From Clostridiaceae bacterium (GTDB lineage: Bacteria > Bacillota > Clostridia > CAYPLH01 > DUMO01): 64,000 nt of DNA. The notes beneath the pieces were generated by a model. The model saw nothing but the letters and a program-made list of their open reading frames with translations, ran no database searches and was not told the origin of the DNA. Within the stretch, counting starts at the first letter, position 1, and every line of letters begins with the position of its first letter. A program made the position numbers and the translations under genes. The stretch lies in contig DUMO01000051.1 in NCBI GenBank assembly GCA_012839865.1, positions 162,008-226,007 on the forward strand, given 5' to 3'. Shown one piece after another: positions 30,510 to 40,477 of this stretch.

Positions 30510-31799
30510 TTATTGTTGATTATTTAATATGTAACTTATTGCTTCCGCTATGTACCTGGTGCTTCTTAAGGCTTCCTCCAGCGTATTTCCGTCAGCTCCC
30601 ACTTCTATAATCAACGCCCCGGGACTAAGATGATGGTTGTACCTGTATTTGCTTAAGTAAATAGGCCTTGTAATACCTGGATACTTTGAATTAAGAAAGT
30701 TCTGCATCTTTATGGCCATTTTAAAATTCTCCTCCCAGTTCGGGTGACTTAGGCCAATCTCCCCTGTTCCAACAACAAACATTACCTGTGCTGCCTTTTT
30801 CCCTTCAACTTCAGATACAACCCTTAATTTGGGTTTTTCAACATCAATTCCGTCCCTGTGTATATCCAGAACAAGCTTGATTGAGGGGTAGGATTTTAGT
30901 ATTGTTGACACGGTATCCATTGAACGCACATAGCATCCGTCATCACTTGGGGTGTTATGCCTTGTTCCGTTATGCAAAACTTCAATACCCATCCTTCTCA
31001 AATGTATGGCTATCTCCTCGCCTACCCGCAAAATATTATACCGGGGGTCATCCGTCCTGTTGGGAATGTCTTTGTCATATTCAGATATATCATTTAAATA
31101 TGATTCATTGGTGTGGGTGTGGAAAATAAGCACCTGAGGACCGTTCTTGCCTAAATCCAGATTCAGTTTTTCATTATAAAGCCGGTCAATCAGTTTATCA
31201 TCAATCCTGTAATTGGTTTCATTGATTACTTTAATTTCTCCCCTGGCGATTATTTTGTCCTCGGTATACTCTCTTTCTTCATTTTCATCTTCTATTGATA
31301 TGCTGCTTACCCTTTCAATATATCCTCCCTGGGAGTTGTCATTTTCATCCTTTCCCTGCTCCGGGTCCTGTGTATATCCCGGTGTGGGTTCAGGAGAGGG
31401 GTGAGGTTTGCTGTCATCATATATAAGCTTGTCTTTGTCCCTCTTTTCAGTATAGTAGCTGTACAGCATTGATGTTTGGGCATTTAAAATTGTCTCCGGC
31501 TTGTTGATGTCAAAACCGAATATTTGCTTTATCAAAGCATTTATTTCACTTGTCAGGGATACACTGATTCTTCCGCTGTTGTATACAATATCGATTATCG
31601 GCAGTGAATTGTTGATTATTTTTTTTAACGGACCGGTTTCAATATTAATCACTATATCAGAGTCATAATCATATAAAAAATTTCCTGCAATCCTACCGAT
31701 TGTAATGGCGCAATAACCTGCAAGCAGAATGATCAAGACCATCAGTATATTGTAAATTGGCGGATTCCTCTTCTTTTGAAGCTTTCTTCTCCTGCTCAT
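30510..31799 (-). CDS. spoIIP: Stage II sporulation protein P
   Basis: N-terminal TM anchor and a SpoIIP amidase-like domain with VLIFHTHTNESY and VLDIHRDG. The start was trimmed to MSRRRKLQKK (ATG 31799 after GGAGG). Confidence 0.85.
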   Translation of the reverse strand: MSRRRKLQKKRNPPIYNILMVLIILLAGYCAITIGRIAGNFLYDYDSDIVINIETGPLKKIINNSLPIIDIVYNSGRISVSLTSEINALIKQIFGFDINKPETILNAQTSMLYSYYTEKRDKDKLIYDDSKPHPSPEPTPGYTQDPEQGKDENDNSQGGYIERVSSISIEDENEEREYTEDKIIARGEIKVINETNYRIDDKLIDRLYNEKLNLDLGKNGPQVLIFHTHTNESYLNDISEYDKDIPNRTDDPRYNILRVGEEIAIHLRRMGIEVLHNGTRHNTPSDDGCYVRSMDTVSTILKSYPSIKLVLDIHRDGIDVEKPKLRVVSEVEGKKAAQVMFVVGTGEIGLSHPNWEENFKMAIKMQNFLNSKYPGITRPIYLSKYRYNHHLSPGALIIEVGADGNTLEEALRSTRYIAEAISYILNNQQ

Positions 31800-31933
31800 T
31801 TGTACCTCCAAAAGCAACATAAAATATTAATTTCTTGTAGATTTTATTCTTTTGGAGTTTGCATTATGACAATCAAAATATCTGTTTTATGAAAACCACA
31901 AGATAAGCAGCCGGTTACTGTCTGCAGCATTTA

Positions 31934-31969
31934 AATAAAAAAGGTAACGGGAAATACAACCATTACCTT
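31934..31969 (-). terminator. Candidate rho-independent terminator downstream of lepB
   Basis: The - strand reads AAGGTAA-14 nt-TTACCTT followed by TTTTTATTT. It lies about 185 nt below the lepB stop, so the assignment is tentative. Confidence 0.4.
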
Positions 31970-32154
31970 TTGGCATATGTATAATTATTAATTTAAGCAA
32001 ATACTCAGGATTCCGACAGTCATTGTTTTGCTGAAATTAATTTCCTGAACCGGTGAATACCATGCGCACCTGTTTCCTGCAGCAATTATCTTCCCAAAAC
32101 TAATCCCGGTCCCGGTGAACACCCTTACACCTCATTTTTGTGCAACTATGACCC

Positions 32155-32700
32155 TTATCTCTTTAAAATGCCAAATTCACTGAAGGGGTAAATTCTCAAT
32201 ACTGCTTTCCCTCTAATTTTCCTGATGCTGACCGGTCCGATAATCCTGCTGTCATTGCTTGCATTCGGATACCGGTTGTCACCCATTACATAAACATGGC
32301 CTTCGGGGACTTTAATTTTGCTGTATTTCGGGTTTATGGGCAAAGTAGTGCTAACGCTGACATAGGGCTCGATTACCTCTTTATTATTAACATAAACTTT
32401 ACCATCTTTAATTTCCACTTCGTCATTCTCAAGGGCAATGATTCTTTTGATAATCAATTCATTACCCGGGAGCATAAACTCTGAAGCATCAATTATAACT
32501 ATGTCCCCATAATTGAACTTACCAAATCTGGTAGTTACTTTTTCAACAACAAGATTATTCCCGTCATGCAGTGTCGGTTCCATTGAACTTCCGTAAACAA
32601 CGGTTCTCTGTATGCAAAAGTTGACCAGGAAAAGAGCTATCGCAATACCGATTGCAATGTGCTTCATCCAATCAAGTATTTCTTTCATTGTATCTTTCAT
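32155..32700 (-). CDS. lepB: Signal peptidase I
   Basis: 181 aa. TM anchor, catalytic Ser box GSSMEPTL, Lys box IKRIIAL, and GDNRYPNASNDSR. Confidence 0.9.
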   Translation of the reverse strand: MKDTMKEILDWMKHIAIGIAIALFLVNFCIQRTVVYGSSMEPTLHDGNNLVVEKVTTRFGKFNYGDIVIIDASEFMLPGNELIIKRIIALENDEVEIKDGKVYVNNKEVIEPYVSVSTTLPINPKYSKIKVPEGHVYVMGDNRYPNASNDSRIIGPVSIRKIRGKAVLRIYPFSEFGILKR

Positions 32701-32788
32701 ATCATCCCCTCCAGTTTCAATAGAACTAAATTTTCTTAAAAATGCAGCAACTTCATATACAGTGCATGATTCCTTAAGGATAATACGT

Positions 32789-34570
32789 CTAAATGTCCAG
32801 CTTTATATAAAGTTCCTTCAATTGCTTTTCATCTACAATATTCGGGGCTTCAGACATTAAATCCGAAGCATTTTGCACCTTGGGAAACGCAATTACATCT
32901 CTCATCGAATTTGCTCCCGCAATAAGCCATACCATTCTGTCAAATCCATAGGCTATCCCACCATGGGGCGGTGTTCCGTACTTGAAGGCTTCAAGTAGGA
33001 ATCCGAATCTTTCCTCTGCCTGCTCCTTTGTAAAACCCAGTATCCCAAACATTTTGGATTGAAGTTCCTGGTCATGAATTCTTATGCTTCCACCACCCAG
33101 TTCAATTCCATTCAATACTATATCGTAAGCTTTTGCCCTCACCTTTTCCGGATGTGTGTCAAGAAGCTCGATATCCTCGTCCATTGGAGAAGTAAAAGGA
33201 TGGTGTACGGCAACAAAGCGCTTTTCTTCCTCATCATATTCAAGCAGCGGGAATTCAGTCACCCAAAGGAATTTGAACTCGCTTTTATCAATCAGGTCAA
33301 GCTTTTGGGCAATTTCCAGCCGTAAGTGTCCTAAAGCGTCAAACACCACTTCATTTTTGTCAGCGACGAAGCATATCAAATCTCCAGGCTCTGCTTCAAC
33401 CCTTTCAAGAATTGCCTTCATTTCATCTTCACTGAAAAATTTGGCTATTGAAGACTTGATTCCGCTTTCTTCAACCTGAATCCAGGCCATGCCTTTTGCT
33501 CCGAATTTTTTAGCGATTTCCACAAGGCCGTCAATTTCTCTTCTTGAGAACTTCTCGCTGCCTTTTTTGACATTGATGGCCCTTACACTGCCTTCGTTTT
33601 CTATGGTGGAAGTAAACACCTTAAAACCACAAGTTGCTACAAGGTCTGATACATTAACAAGCTCCATGCCAAACCTTAAGTCCGGCTTGTCTGAACCGTA
33701 ACGTTCCATGGCTTCCCTATAAGTCATGCGTTTAAAAGGAGTTTTTACCTCCAACCCCAGAATTTCCTTGAATATTTTTGCAAGCAAGCGCTCATTAATA
33801 GCGATTACATCATCCACATTTACAAAGGACATCTCGACGTCAATCTGGGTAAATTCAGGCTGTCTGTCTGCTCTTAAGTCCTCATCCCTGAAGCATCTGA
33901 CTATCTGGAAATACTTCTCAAACCCCGAAACCATCAAAAGCTGTTTGTAAATCTGTGGAGACTGCGGCAGGGCATAAAATTTTCCGGGATGCACCCTGCT
34001 TGGCACCAGGTAATCCCTTGCACCCTCCGGAGTAGACTTTATCAGCATGGGTGTTTCAACTTCAAGAAAACCGTTTGCATCAAAAAAGTCCCTGACAATT
34101 TTTGCAATTTTATGACGCAGAATGAAGTTCTTCTGCATATCAGGACGTCTTAAGTCCAGGTACCTGTACTTAAGCCTTATGGCTTCATTTGCATCCAGGT
34201 TTTCTTCAATGTAAATTGGTGGGGTTTCCGCTTTACTGAAAATTCGGATTTCCTCGGCAGCTATCTCAATTTCTCCCGTTTTCATTTTTGCATTTTCCAT
34301 ACCGGGAGCTCTTTTTTGAACTTTACCTTTTACAGCAATTACATATTCACTTCTTAAAGCTGCGGCTTTCCTGAAAGCTTCAGCATTTTCCTCCTGATTG
34401 GCAACGACCTGGACAATTCCGCTTCTGTCACGAACATCAACAAAAATCATTCCTCCAAGGTTTCTTTGCTTCTGAACCCAACCCATAATCGTGACTTGTT
34501 CCCCGACATTTGAAACCGAAATGTCCGTACAGCTGTGAGTTCTTTTCAAACCTGCCAGTGTTTCACCCAT
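32789..34570 (-). CDS. aspS: Aspartate--tRNA ligase
   Basis: 593 aa. OB-fold N-domain, class II motifs FRDEDLRADRQPEFTQID and GGGSIRIH, and the bacterial insertion domain. 8-nt overlap with hisS. Confidence 0.95.
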   Translation of the reverse strand: MGETLAGLKRTHSCTDISVSNVGEQVTIMGWVQKQRNLGGMIFVDVRDRSGIVQVVANQEENAEAFRKAAALRSEYVIAVKGKVQKRAPGMENAKMKTGEIEIAAEEIRIFSKAETPPIYIEENLDANEAIRLKYRYLDLRRPDMQKNFILRHKIAKIVRDFFDANGFLEVETPMLIKSTPEGARDYLVPSRVHPGKFYALPQSPQIYKQLLMVSGFEKYFQIVRCFRDEDLRADRQPEFTQIDVEMSFVNVDDVIAINERLLAKIFKEILGLEVKTPFKRMTYREAMERYGSDKPDLRFGMELVNVSDLVATCGFKVFTSTIENEGSVRAINVKKGSEKFSRREIDGLVEIAKKFGAKGMAWIQVEESGIKSSIAKFFSEDEMKAILERVEAEPGDLICFVADKNEVVFDALGHLRLEIAQKLDLIDKSEFKFLWVTEFPLLEYDEEEKRFVAVHHPFTSPMDEDIELLDTHPEKVRAKAYDIVLNGIELGGGSIRIHDQELQSKMFGILGFTKEQAEERFGFLLEAFKYGTPPHGGIAYGFDRMVWLIAGANSMRDVIAFPKVQNASDLMSEAPNIVDEKQLKELYIKLDI

Positions 34571-35831
34571 TGCTTCTTCCTCCTTTTAAAAACTCAACCA
34601 GACAATCTATCTTCATTTCTGTTTGCTCTCCGGTTTTCATGTTCCTTAATATTATTTTATTATTTTTTATTTCATTTTCACCAATAACTGCCGAATATTT
34701 GCACTCAATCTTGTCAGCATACTTCAACTGGGCTTTAAGGCTTCTTCCCATGTGATCCTTTTCTGCGCTTATTCCCTCTGCTCGAATAATATATACAAGT
34801 TTGTCAGCGAATTTATCGGCAATATCTCCAACTGTTGCTATATACAAATCGGTTCCTTCGGGCCTGGGTATAACTATTCCCTGACTTTCTGTTTCCATAA
34901 GCAGCCGCTCCACTCCAAGGCCAAAACCCATGCCCGGTGTGGGAGAACCTCCGCAATATTCCACAAGACCGTCATATCTTCCCCCGCCGCAAATGGTTCC
35001 CTGGGTTCCAACGTTCTTGGACACAAATTCAAAAACAGTTTTTGTATAGTAATCCTGTCCCCTAACAATATTCTTATCAATGTTGTAATTAATGCCAAGG
35101 TTCTCAAGCCCTTTCTTAAGACCCTCAAAGTGTTCCCGGCATTCGCCGCACAGGTTGTCTAATACAGAAGGAGCATCGGCAACCAGTTCCTTGCATTTTT
35201 CCTCCTTGCAATCGAGTATTCTTAAAGGATTTCGTTCATACCGTGTCCGGCAGGTCTCGCAAAACATGTGAATTTTGCTTTCAAGATGCTGTCTGAACTT
35301 CTCAATGAACTTTCCACGGCATGCCGGGCAGCCTATGCTGTTTATGTTTAGCTCAATATCTTTCAGCCCCAACTTTTTAAACAACAAATCCAGTATACTT
35401 ATAACTTCTACATCGGAAGAGGGACCTTTTGAGCCAAATATCTCCACTCCAAACTGGTTGTGCTCCCTGTACCTGCCCTTTTGCATCTTTTCATATCTGT
35501 ATGCAGTAATTTCATAAAACAGTTTTATTGGATGAGGCAGGGATGCCATACCATGCTCAATATAGGCCCTGACAGTTCCCGCAGTCCCTTCGGGCCTTAA
35601 TGTAATGCTTCTTCCGCCCTTGTCATTAAATGTGTACATTTCCTTTTGTACGATGTCGGTTGAATCGCCAACTCCCCTTTGAAAGAGTTCGGTATATTCA
35701 AAAACAGGAATGCGAATTTCCTTGTAACCATAAGCGTTGCAAATATCCCTGAATAATTTCTCTACATAATGCCATTTATATATTTCATCCGGCAATATAT
35801 CCTTTGTGCCTTTTGGAGCTTGTAATTTCAT
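34563..35831 (-). CDS. hisS: Histidine--tRNA ligase
   Basis: 422 aa. MKLQAPKGTKDILP, LRPEGTA, YRYEKMQKGRYREHNQFGVE and GGGRYDGL. Confidence 0.95.
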   Translation of the reverse strand: MKLQAPKGTKDILPDEIYKWHYVEKLFRDICNAYGYKEIRIPVFEYTELFQRGVGDSTDIVQKEMYTFNDKGGRSITLRPEGTAGTVRAYIEHGMASLPHPIKLFYEITAYRYEKMQKGRYREHNQFGVEIFGSKGPSSDVEVISILDLLFKKLGLKDIELNINSIGCPACRGKFIEKFRQHLESKIHMFCETCRTRYERNPLRILDCKEEKCKELVADAPSVLDNLCGECREHFEGLKKGLENLGINYNIDKNIVRGQDYYTKTVFEFVSKNVGTQGTICGGGRYDGLVEYCGGSPTPGMGFGLGVERLLMETESQGIVIPRPEGTDLYIATVGDIADKFADKLVYIIRAEGISAEKDHMGRSLKAQLKYADKIECKYSAVIGENEIKNNKIILRNMKTGEQTEMKIDCLVEFLKGGRSNG

Positions 35832-35897
35832 ACGCTTCTCCTTCCGTTCCGATTCTTAATTAATCAAAATCCTCTTAAATTCCTAATCTTGCTTTTC

Positions 35898-35926
35898 ATT
35901 ACACTTTAACAACTTCATCAAGTCAA
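35898..35926 (-). promoter_or_regulatory. Candidate sigma-A-type promoter of hisS-aspS
   Basis: The - strand reads TTGACT-17 nt-TGTAAT. It leaves a leader of only about 60 nt, too short for a T-box. Confidence 0.35.
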
Positions 35927-36027
35927 TCCTGAATCAATATCCTTTTATCTTCTTAAGACCTTCTGATTTTGAAAAAAGTTGCCTGAAAAAGTACAACTTT
36001 TACATGTTAAAATGTAATACATCCAAA

Positions 36028-37137
36028 TTACTTTTCCTCTGCTGAAGGCAGCAAGTATTTCTCCATAAACCTCTCTATACTGAAACTCCTGTCAAATCCG
36101 AAGGTAAGTCTGCCAACTGTCACCATAACAATGTCCAGTGAAGGGATAATATACAGGCGTTGACCCCCGGCTCCGCTGCCGGAGTATGCCTGATAGTTCC
36201 TGCCTGTTTTTTCGCTTTTAATATTTCCGATACGCCAGCAGTACCCATAGCTATAGCCGTCCTCTGCAATGCTTGCCTTACTCATTGATTCGTTAATCCA
36301 CTCTGCAGATATGATTCTATTATTCCCGGCCATACCGCCATTTAACACCAAAAGCCCGATTTTAGCCAAATCCACCGGAAGCATGAAAAGATTTGACCCT
36401 CCAAAATGGAAACCTTTCGGGTCATTCTCCCAGTAAACAGAGTTAATATTCAGAGGTTTAAAAAGATACTTTTGAGCCAATTCAAGGGTGCTCATTCCGG
36501 AAGCCCTGCTCAAAACTCCTGAAAGAAGATGGGAATCGGCTGTGTTAAAGGAAAATTTTTCACCCGGTGTTGATTCAAAGTTGAGGTTCAGAATAAATTT
36601 AATCCAATCACTGCTTTTTATCATGCTGATGGACATGGCTCTCTTTTCAATTGACTCCAGTCCTGATTTCATGGATAAAAGATGCCTGATTCTGATATTA
36701 TTCTTTTCCCGGGCAGCCTGGCTTTCATATTCCGGAAAGTAACCAATCACCCTGTTATCAAGGCTTGGAATATATCCTTTATCAACTGCTACACCGGCAA
36801 GAAGCGAAAGAACACACTTGGTTACTGATCTTATATTCCACTTTCCGTCGTATACATCCCTAAAACTTAAGTCTGAAAACCTGAATATTTTGCCCATGCC
36901 TCTGTACTGGGCTTTTTTCAGGCCGGAATATATGTTTTTGTAAAAAGGGTATATTCCGGTATTATACTTTTCAAAAACCAACTTGCCGTTCTTAATGACG
37001 AGAAGGCTGTATATTGCCGGAAATTCCTCCTTCAGGGAATCAAAACCTTTGTTTACAAGTACGGGGTCCAATCCCTCCGCTTCCATTTGTGATTTTTTAA
37101 GCGAGAAACTTTCATTATCATTCACTAATTCGGACAT
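36028..37137 (-). CDS. Beta-lactamase-fold serine hydrolase (class C / esterase family)
   Basis: 369 aa. S-x-x-K motif in IRSVTKCVL and length and composition typical of the family. No signal peptide. Confidence 0.75.
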   Translation of the reverse strand: MSELVNDNESFSLKKSQMEAEGLDPVLVNKGFDSLKEEFPAIYSLLVIKNGKLVFEKYNTGIYPFYKNIYSGLKKAQYRGMGKIFRFSDLSFRDVYDGKWNIRSVTKCVLSLLAGVAVDKGYIPSLDNRVIGYFPEYESQAAREKNNIRIRHLLSMKSGLESIEKRAMSISMIKSSDWIKFILNLNFESTPGEKFSFNTADSHLLSGVLSRASGMSTLELAQKYLFKPLNINSVYWENDPKGFHFGGSNLFMLPVDLAKIGLLVLNGGMAGNNRIISAEWINESMSKASIAEDGYSYGYCWRIGNIKSEKTGRNYQAYSGSGAGGQRLYIIPSLDIVMVTVGRLTFGFDRSFSIERFMEKYLLPSAEEK

Positions 37138-37161
37138 GTTTTCCTCCCGGTATCTTTCATA

Positions 37162-38337
37162 TCAATGGTGGAACAATCTTATTCCGGTAAAGACCATAAC
37201 CATCCCATATCTGTTGCAGGCGTTAATTACATCCTCATCCCTTACGGAACCTCCTGGCTGCACAACATATTTGACACCGCTTTTTGCAGCCCGGTCAATA
37301 TTATCACTGAACGGGAAAAATGCATCCGAGCCCAAAGCTACTCCGTCCAATTTGGACAGCCATTCTTCTTTTTCCCTGGCCGTCAGCTTTTCAGGTACCT
37401 TATCAAAAAGCTTTCTCCACTCTGCTTCTTCCTGGGGAGTCATCTCATCTCTCAAATATAGATCGATAGCTGTGTCTCTTACCGACCTGGGGCAATCATC
37501 CCTGAATTTCATCTCAAATACCTTCGGATGTTGTCTCAAAAACCAAATATCAGCTTTGCTTCCTGCAAGCCGTGTGCAATGTACTCTTGACTGCTGGCCT
37601 GCTCCGTTTCCTATAACCTGGCCGTCAAATGCAAAACATACCGAGTTTGACTGGGTGTACTTCAAAGTTATCATTGATATTATAAGATCTCTTTTTGCAG
37701 ACTCCGGCAAATCCTTTTTCCCAGTCACAATATTATTAAGCATCTCCGGAACTATCTTGATATCATTACGCCTTTGCTCAAAGGTAATTCCAAAAACCTG
37801 CCTTTTTTCCATCTCACCGGGTTCATAGCCGGGATCAACTTCAATAACCCTGTAATTTCCTTCCTGTTTTTTACACAGAATCTCCAGGGCTTTTTTTGAG
37901 TATGACGGAGCAATAACTCCATCGGATACTTCCCGCCTTATTATTCTTGCTGTTTCGGCATCCACTTCGTCGCTTAAGGCAATAAAGTCTCCGAAAGATG
38001 AAACCCTGTCTGCGCCCCGGGCTCTCACATAAGCCGCAGCAAGGGGTGAAAGGTCGTCTTTTTCTACTCCGTAGGCTTTTTTCAATTGTTCTCCCAAAGG
38101 GATCCCCACCGCTGCTCCGGCCGGGCTCACATGCTTGAAGGAAGCCGCAGCAGGAAGACCCAGGGCGCTTTTCAGCTCCTTAACCAACTGCCATGAATTA
38201 AGGGCATCCAATAGATTGATATACCCTGGAGAACCGTTTAAAACATTAATCGGCAAATCCCCGTTCTCCATATATACTCTGGCCGGTTTCTGGTGAGGGT
38301 TGAAACCGTATTTTAATTTTATCTCATTAGTTTTCAA
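37162..38337 (-). CDS. AICAR formyltransferase-domain protein (PurH homologue lacking the IMP cyclohydrolase/MGS domain)
   Basis: 391 aa. Motifs FKHVSPAGAAVG, GAGQQSRVHC and VVQPGGSVRDEDVI match the PurH transformylase half. The N-terminus starts directly in that domain. Confidence 0.8.
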   Translation of the reverse strand: MKTNEIKLKYGFNPHQKPARVYMENGDLPINVLNGSPGYINLLDALNSWQLVKELKSALGLPAAASFKHVSPAGAAVGIPLGEQLKKAYGVEKDDLSPLAAAYVRARGADRVSSFGDFIALSDEVDAETARIIRREVSDGVIAPSYSKKALEILCKKQEGNYRVIEVDPGYEPGEMEKRQVFGITFEQRRNDIKIVPEMLNNIVTGKKDLPESAKRDLIISMITLKYTQSNSVCFAFDGQVIGNGAGQQSRVHCTRLAGSKADIWFLRQHPKVFEMKFRDDCPRSVRDTAIDLYLRDEMTPQEEAEWRKLFDKVPEKLTAREKEEWLSKLDGVALGSDAFFPFSDNIDRAAKSGVKYVVQPGGSVRDEDVINACNRYGMVMVFTGIRLFHH

Positions 38338-38418
38338 AAAAATTCCTCCTTAATATTTTATTTATAACTTTTTACAAGCCAAAAGTCAATTGCCTTGTGG
38401 AATGCAAAAAAAGATACC

Positions 38419-39192
38419 CTAAACATCCAAAAAAAATGACTTTATGAGAGCAAAAAACTCCCTGATATAGCAGTTCGCCCGGACAATTGCAGGAGTCTTG
38501 CCAGGAAGAGAATAAGCTATAAAGCCGTTTCGCTCTGCAAGCATTTTAGCCCTTAGCATGTGGAAATCATTTGTTACAATTGTTATAGTTTCACAGGGAA
38601 GCCCTATGTTTATAAGAATCTCTTTCGAATATATGAAGTTTTCCATGGTGCTTGTTGATTTATCCTCAATTATAATGCGTTCTTCTTCTATTCCGTTTTC
38701 AACAAGATACCTTTTCATGGCTTCCGCTTCAGGAATCAATTCTCCCGGTCCCTGCCCTCCGCTGACCACAACCGGTACATTCGGATATTCCCCAAGATAC
38801 CAGAGGGCTTTATCCATCCTCTCCTTTAAAACTGGAGACAACTTGTCACCAAAAAGACCGGCACCCAGAACAATCAGGCAATCGGTCTCTACAACGGGGT
38901 CATTGGAGCCTGAAAAATACAACAACCCCTCTATTGCAGCAAAGAAAGTAAAACCGGTTATTACAAAAAATAATATCACTCTCTTTAAGTATTTATTTCG
39001 GAACAATATAAACCCTTTTTCCAAAAACAGTTCGGACATGGACACTATAACAACAGCCAACCCCGCCAAAAATGTAAAAATCATACCGAAATCAATTGCA
39101 TATAAAGACATGAGCAATGCTGAATAAAAAATTGCAATAAATCCTGCAACAAGCAATATGATATTCAATGCGGTTTTGAGTTTTCTCCCCAT
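38419..39192 (-). CDS. DUF218 (YdcF/SanA/ElyC-like) membrane-anchored protein
   Basis: 257 aa. Three or four N-terminal hydrophobic spans, then a DUF218 core (LIVLGAGL...VVVSGGQGPGE...EAEAM...IVTNDFHMLRA). Confidence 0.75.
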   Translation of the reverse strand: MGRKLKTALNIILLVAGFIAIFYSALLMSLYAIDFGMIFTFLAGLAVVIVSMSELFLEKGFILFRNKYLKRVILFFVITGFTFFAAIEGLLYFSGSNDPVVETDCLIVLGAGLFGDKLSPVLKERMDKALWYLGEYPNVPVVVSGGQGPGELIPEAEAMKRYLVENGIEEERIIIEDKSTSTMENFIYSKEILINIGLPCETITIVTNDFHMLRAKMLAERNGFIAYSLPGKTPAIVRANCYIREFFALIKSFFLDV

Positions 39193-39234
39193 CTGGTTTT
39201 CTCCTTATATATACTTATCGCCAGGGCAAAGCCA

Positions 39235-40290
39235 TTATAAAAAAATCTCTTTGACTCTTTGCAGAAAAATATCCATTTCGTCATCTGTTCCAATTGTAAC
39301 CCGCAGGTAATTGTCAATCCGGGGTTTGTCAAAATACCTTACAAGCACTTTTTTCTCTTTCAGCCTTGCAAACATGTCCCTTGCAGGAAACCCGGGATGG
39401 CTGACAAACAAAAAATTGCTCCTGGATTCGGTAACAATAAACCCGAGGTCCCGCAGCTTTGTTTTTACCCTTTCGCGGGTATTGACAATTTTCCATGTTG
39501 TTTCCTTGAAATAGTCCACATCCTTAAAGGCTTCTATTGCACCTTTAATCGCAAGCCTGTCCAGTGGATATGAATTGAATGAATTTTTTACCCTGTTAAG
39601 TCCTTCAACAAGCTTAGAATCACCTATGGCAAAGCCGACCCTCAGCCCCGCCAGGGACCTGGATTTTGACAGGGTCTGGACTATCAGCAAATTGGGGTAA
39701 TCTTTGATGAATGGAACCATGCTTTGGGCTCCGAAATCCACATATGCCTCATCAACCAGCACAACCTTGTCACGGTTGTTCTCAAGTATGGTCCTGATTT
39801 CATCCGTCCCAAGAGCAATACCGGTGGGAGCATTCGGATTCGCCAATACAATGCCTGCATTTTCCGTGCAAAACTTCTCAACCGGAACTGTAAAATCAGG
39901 ATTCAGGGGTACAAGATTGTATTTTATGCCATACAGGGCAGCATAAACCTCATAAAAGGAATATGTCACATCAGGGAACAGGATTGGCTTGTCTTTCATG
40001 AAAAAAGCCATAAAACTCAACGCCAGAATCTCATCCGACCCGTTTCCGGTGAAAACCTGGTTTTTGTCTATATTGTAATATTCAGAAACTGCAGCCTTCA
40101 ACTCTTCACTTTCAGGGTCCGGGTACAGTCTCAGCCTGGCCGTCTCATTCCGGATTGCTTCAATTACCCTGGGTGAAGGGGGATACGGGTTCTCATTGGT
40201 GTTCAGCTTGATGTATCCTCCGTCCCTGGGCTGTTCTCCTGGAACATAAGGTGTCAGTTTTCCTATTGACGGGCTTAAGTAATCGCTCAT
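39235..40290 (-). CDS. hisC: Histidinol-phosphate aminotransferase
   Basis: The start was trimmed to MSDYLSPSIGKLTPYVPGEQP (ATG 40290 after AAGGAG). KLNTNENPYPPSP, and the PLP lysine context QTLSKSRSLAGLRVG. Confidence 0.9.
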   Translation of the reverse strand: MSDYLSPSIGKLTPYVPGEQPRDGGYIKLNTNENPYPPSPRVIEAIRNETARLRLYPDPESEELKAAVSEYYNIDKNQVFTGNGSDEILALSFMAFFMKDKPILFPDVTYSFYEVYAALYGIKYNLVPLNPDFTVPVEKFCTENAGIVLANPNAPTGIALGTDEIRTILENNRDKVVLVDEAYVDFGAQSMVPFIKDYPNLLIVQTLSKSRSLAGLRVGFAIGDSKLVEGLNRVKNSFNSYPLDRLAIKGAIEAFKDVDYFKETTWKIVNTRERVKTKLRDLGFIVTESRSNFLFVSHPGFPARDMFARLKEKKVLVRYFDKPRIDNYLRVTIGTDDEMDIFLQRVKEIFL

Positions 40291-40477
40291 TTTATACTCC
40301 TTAATCTTACGTATGAAACACAAATATAATTTTATTCAAGGTTCCTGACAGTTTCACTGCATCCCTTTACCGATGTATGAAACGTGCAAACAATTTTTAT
40401 TTGTAATTATAAGCCATCAATGTATAAAAATCCAGCAGATATTATGTAACAAGACCATTTATAGCGATGTGTGCATC

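Noticed and set aside
35832-36027. Expected T-box leader upstream of hisS, and likewise upstream of glyQS at 17041..17083
   Set aside because: I read both strands for the GGGTGGNACCGCG-type core and Stem I motifs and found none. The spacers are too short for a T-box. This is reported as an absence, not a feature.
36983-37828. 281-aa + strand ORF spanning the junction of the beta-lactamase-fold and purH-like genes
   Set aside because: It is fully antisense to two well-supported - strand genes. The translation is Ser/Leu-rich low complexity, with no SD and no recognisable motifs. This is a typical shadow ORF.
38558-39127. 189-aa + strand ORF antisense to the DUF218 gene
   Set aside because: It is a shadow of a - strand gene with clear family motifs and has no motifs of its own. 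The same reasoning applies to 45435..45986 (antisense to relA), 40773..41273, 12821..13336 and 13730..14230 (antisense to ppdK), 22467..22979 (antisense to dnaK), 58645..59157 and 62136..62663.
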